This document shows, piece by piece, positions 36,182 through 39,218 of a stretch of DNA of 39,218 nucleotides. The notes beneath the pieces are model-generated. The model searched no databases. It was not told the origin of the DNA and saw nothing but the letters and a program-made list of their open reading frames with translations. Each line of letters opens with the position of its first letter. Position 1 is the first letter of the stretch. The stretch lies in the NCBI RefSeq assembly GCF_006345805.1, contig NW_021835518.1:1-39218 (forward strand), given 5' to 3'. The DNA comes from Octopus sinensis (Eukaryota). The position numbers and the translations under genes were made by a program.

Positions 36182-36432
36182 TTTTAATACAGCTTCAGTT
36201 ACGTCAACCAGAATATTTATTCAGCTCAGCAGCTATTTGCAATGCCAGTAAATGTTTTATTCACTGTTTCTTATATCAGAGGCGAGAAATCTGGTTTGCG
36301 CATGTGGCGAGCTCGAGATGATTTTTCCTCTCTCTCTCTGCTATATACAGCAAGCCTTTAAACTAAGAGGAAAACCGCTGTAACAAGGCTGTCTACGGTG
36401 TATATACATTTAATATAATATATAGAAGGTTA

Positions 36433-36473
<41 letters not shown>

Positions 36474-36857
36474 ATATATATATATATAATATATATATAA
36501 TATGATTATTTGTTTGTGCATGTGTTTCATCTAAAAGGGGGGAAAATAGATATTCTCTAAACCAGGTTGAAATATTTCGTGCATTAAAACAAAAACAAAC
36601 AAACAAACGTATTTCTGGATCATTGATAACTAGAAACATGTGTGTTTCTCCCTATGGGATACACTATTTATACTGATAGACCCGGGACCCCTATTTTGTC
36701 ACTAGTCCCTTCCAGAAGTATCACGAATATTAAGAGACCGACCCCTCTTTCCTAAAACTGAAATTACACGCTAACTAGAACATGTCATGACAAGAATTGT
36801 AATGGGATTTGGTGACGTTTCCGTCACGTCATCTTGGCACATACACACACACGCGTG

Positions 36858-36889
<32 letters not shown>

Positions 36890-36943
36890 TGTATGTATGT
36901 ATGTATGTATGCATGTATGTATGTATGCGTGTATGTATGTATA

Positions 36944-36977
<34 letters not shown>

Positions 36978-37067
36978 CATACATACATATATATGCATAT
37001 ATATATATATATATACACGTAAATATGTATATACAAGCATACACCCCCACATACAAACACACACGTG

Positions 37068-37116
<49 letters not shown>

Positions 37117-37244
37117 GTATGTATATATATATATATGTGTGTGTGTGTGTACATATGTATATACAAGCCTACACACACACACATATTTATATCTGTATTT
37201 GTAAGCTGTGTGTGTATTTAGACCCCCCACACACACATACGAAG

Positions 37245-37345
37245 GAATAAGTCCTGGAGTCGATTTCTTCGACTAAATACTTCAAAGCGGTGCCCCAGCA
37301 TGGTCGCAATCAAATGACTGAAACAAGTAAAAGAATAAAAGAATA
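37245..37345 (+). mobile_element. SINE family C, 3' fragment
   Basis: GAATAAGTCCTGGAGTCGATTTCTTCGACTAAA..GCGGTGCCCCAGCATGGTCGCAATCAAATGACTGAAACAAGTAAAAGA. Confidence 0.85.
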
Positions 37346-37439
37346 TATATATATACATTCATACACGTACTCAAACATACATACACACAGTCATACACAT
37401 ACACACACATATACACAAACATACATACTTGTATATATT

Positions 37440-37645
37440 CTTTATTCGTTCATTTGCTTCAGTCATTTGACTGCGGACATGCTGGAGCACCACCTTGAAC
37501 GGTTCAGTCGAACAAACCGACACGAGGGCTTAATTCTTTTTAAGTCTAGTGCCTAATCTATCGATCATTTTTGCTGAACCGATAGGCTACGGGGATGTAA
37601 ACACACCATCACCAGTTGTCAAGCGGTGGTATGGGACAAGCACAG
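37440..37645 (-). mobile_element. SINE family C, 3' half
   Basis: TTCAGTCATTTGACTGCGGACATGCTGGAGCACCACC...GGGGATGTAAACACACCATCACCAGTTGTCAAGCGGTGG. Confidence 0.85.
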
Positions 37646-37736
37646 ATTCAACGACTCTCTCTCTCACACACAGTCACACATACACACAGACACACATACA
37701 CACACACACACACATACATATATATAATATTATATA

Positions 37737-38170
37737 CGCAAGCGTGGCTGTGTGATAAGAAGCTTGCTTCCCAACCACATGGTTCCGGGTTCAGTCCCAC
37801 TGCATAGCACCTTGAGCAAGTGTCTTCCACTATCGCCTTGTGACTAGATTTGGTATACAGAAACTGAAAGAAGCATGTCGTATATATATGTATGTATGTA
37901 ATGTATGTATGTATGTATGTATGTATGTATGTATGTATGCGTGTATGTATACGTTTGTGTGTCTGTGTTTGTCTCCCCAACACCGTTTGTCAACCGATGC
38001 CTGGTGTGTTTACGTCCCCGTAACTCAGCGGTTCGGCAAAAGAGACCGATAGAATAAGTGCTAGGCTTCCAAAGAATAAGTCCTGGGGGGTCGATTTGCT
38101 CGACTAAAAGGTAGGTGGTGCTCCAGCATGGCCGCAGTCAAATGACTGAAACAACTAAAAGAGTAAAAGA
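37737..38170 (+). mobile_element. SINE family C, near full length with internal (TATG)n
   Basis: GCGTGGCTGTGTGATAAGAAGCTTGCTTCCCAACCACATGGTTCCGGGTTCAGTCCCACTG ... GGTGCTCCAGCATGGCCGCAGTCAAATGACTGAAACAAC. Confidence 0.9.
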
Positions 38171-38523
38171 CAGTCTACTCTGCAGAGCTATGAACATCTA
38201 AAAGCTACTTATAAACACAGTTTTAGTGTATTAGTAATACTACAAAAAAAAAACAAAAAAAAAAAAAACATACACAAATGTGTCTCGGTTGTGATTAAGT
38301 AAAGATTGGATGAAATCTTTTTAGTATTGTAGGCATATTCTTATAATTAAAAAGAAAGGAAGCAAAGAAAACCGTAAAGTTTTGATTTGATGTCAAATTA
38401 ACTTGGTTCTGTAATTATCATAATCTCAGCTTTTTTATTCATTCAATGGTTGTGATGTGTAACATTATAAAGACATACATAGACAATAACAACAACAACA
38501 CATACTGACTTATAGACGCACCC

Positions 38524-38554
<31 letters not shown>

Positions 38555-38663
38555 TAAATGCATGCACATACACACACAAACAAGCACAAACGAAAATACG
38601 AACCACACAAAAAAGAAAGTCAATGAGCGTTTAAGGAGTAACAAAAAGGAATAGTGATATATA

Positions 38664-38812
38664 TGTGTGTGTGTGTGTTTATATGCATATGTATGTATAC
38701 GTATATATGTGCGTGTGTGTGTTTATATGCATATGTATGTATACGTATATATGTGCGTGTGTGTGTTTATATGCATATGTATGTATACGTATATATGTGC
38801 GCGTGTGTGTGT
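38664..38812. repeat. 44-bp tandem triplication of a TA/TG-rich block
   Basis: TTTATATGCATATGTATGTATACG starts at ~38678, 38722, 38766. Confidence 0.85.
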
Positions 38813-38832
38813 GTGTGTGTGTGTGTTGTGTG

Positions 38833-39218
38833 TTCTTTTACTTTTACTTGTTTCAGTCATTTGACTGCGGCCATGCTGGAGCAACGGCTTACAGGGGTTT
38901 AGTTGAAGAACACGACCTCGGGACTTATGCTTTGTAAGCCTAGTACGTATTCTATCGGTCTCTTTACGTTATTGAGACATAAACACACCAACATCGGTTG
39001 TCAAGCGATAGTGGGAGACAAACACACACACACAAATATATAAATATATATTTGTGTGTGAGTGTGTGTGTGTATGCATACACACACACACACACAACCA
39101 CACACACACACACACACACATATATATACGACAGGCTTATTAGAGTTTCCGTCTACCAAATCCACTCATAAGGCTTTGGTCGGCTCGAAGCTATAGTAGA
39201 AGACACTTGCTCAAAGGG
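38833..39218 (-). mobile_element. SINE family C, runs off the window end
   Basis: TTGTTTCAGTCATTTGACTGCGGCCATGCTGGAGC ... GTTTCCGTCTACCAAATCCACTCATAAGGCTTTGGTCGGCTCGAAGCTATAGTAGAAGACACTTGC. Confidence 0.9.

Overview
Eukaryotic, very AT-rich, microsatellite-saturated non-coding DNA. The SINE families and repeat load look like an octopus (coleoid cephalopod) genome; this is my recognition, not a database result. No host protein-coding exon can be supported. The six-frame ORFs are artefacts of simple repeats, except short pieces belonging to decayed transposons. Content: (i) two large tandem arrays, an ~8.3 kb satellite of 86-bp (plus 73-75-bp) monomers at ~14.07-22.41 kb and an ~2.6 kb 22-bp satellite at ~25.61-28.20 kb; (ii) decayed autonomous elements: a 5'-truncated R4/Dong-clade LINE (RT, zinc knuckle, restriction-like endonuclease) ending in a (TAA)n tract, an RTE-like RT fragment, an internally deleted mariner and a Chapaev3-like transposase remnant; (iii) a 125-bp fold-back Tc1/mariner MITE and at least four tRNA-derived SINE families, including a head-to-tail trimer, copies with intact target-site duplications and several inverted pairs. 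The most notable observation is that both satellites are built around developmental transcription-factor consensus sites. The 22-mer carries a TCF/LEF HMG site (AGATCAAAG) next to C-clamp helper-like GCCG motifs, resembling a natural TOPflash reporter, and its higher-order units end in AACCGGTT / CCGG-N6-CCGG (Grainyhead/CP2-type) cassettes. The 86-mer carries the POU octamer ATTTGCAT in nearly every copy. Function is a hypothesis only. All counts are by eye and approximate.
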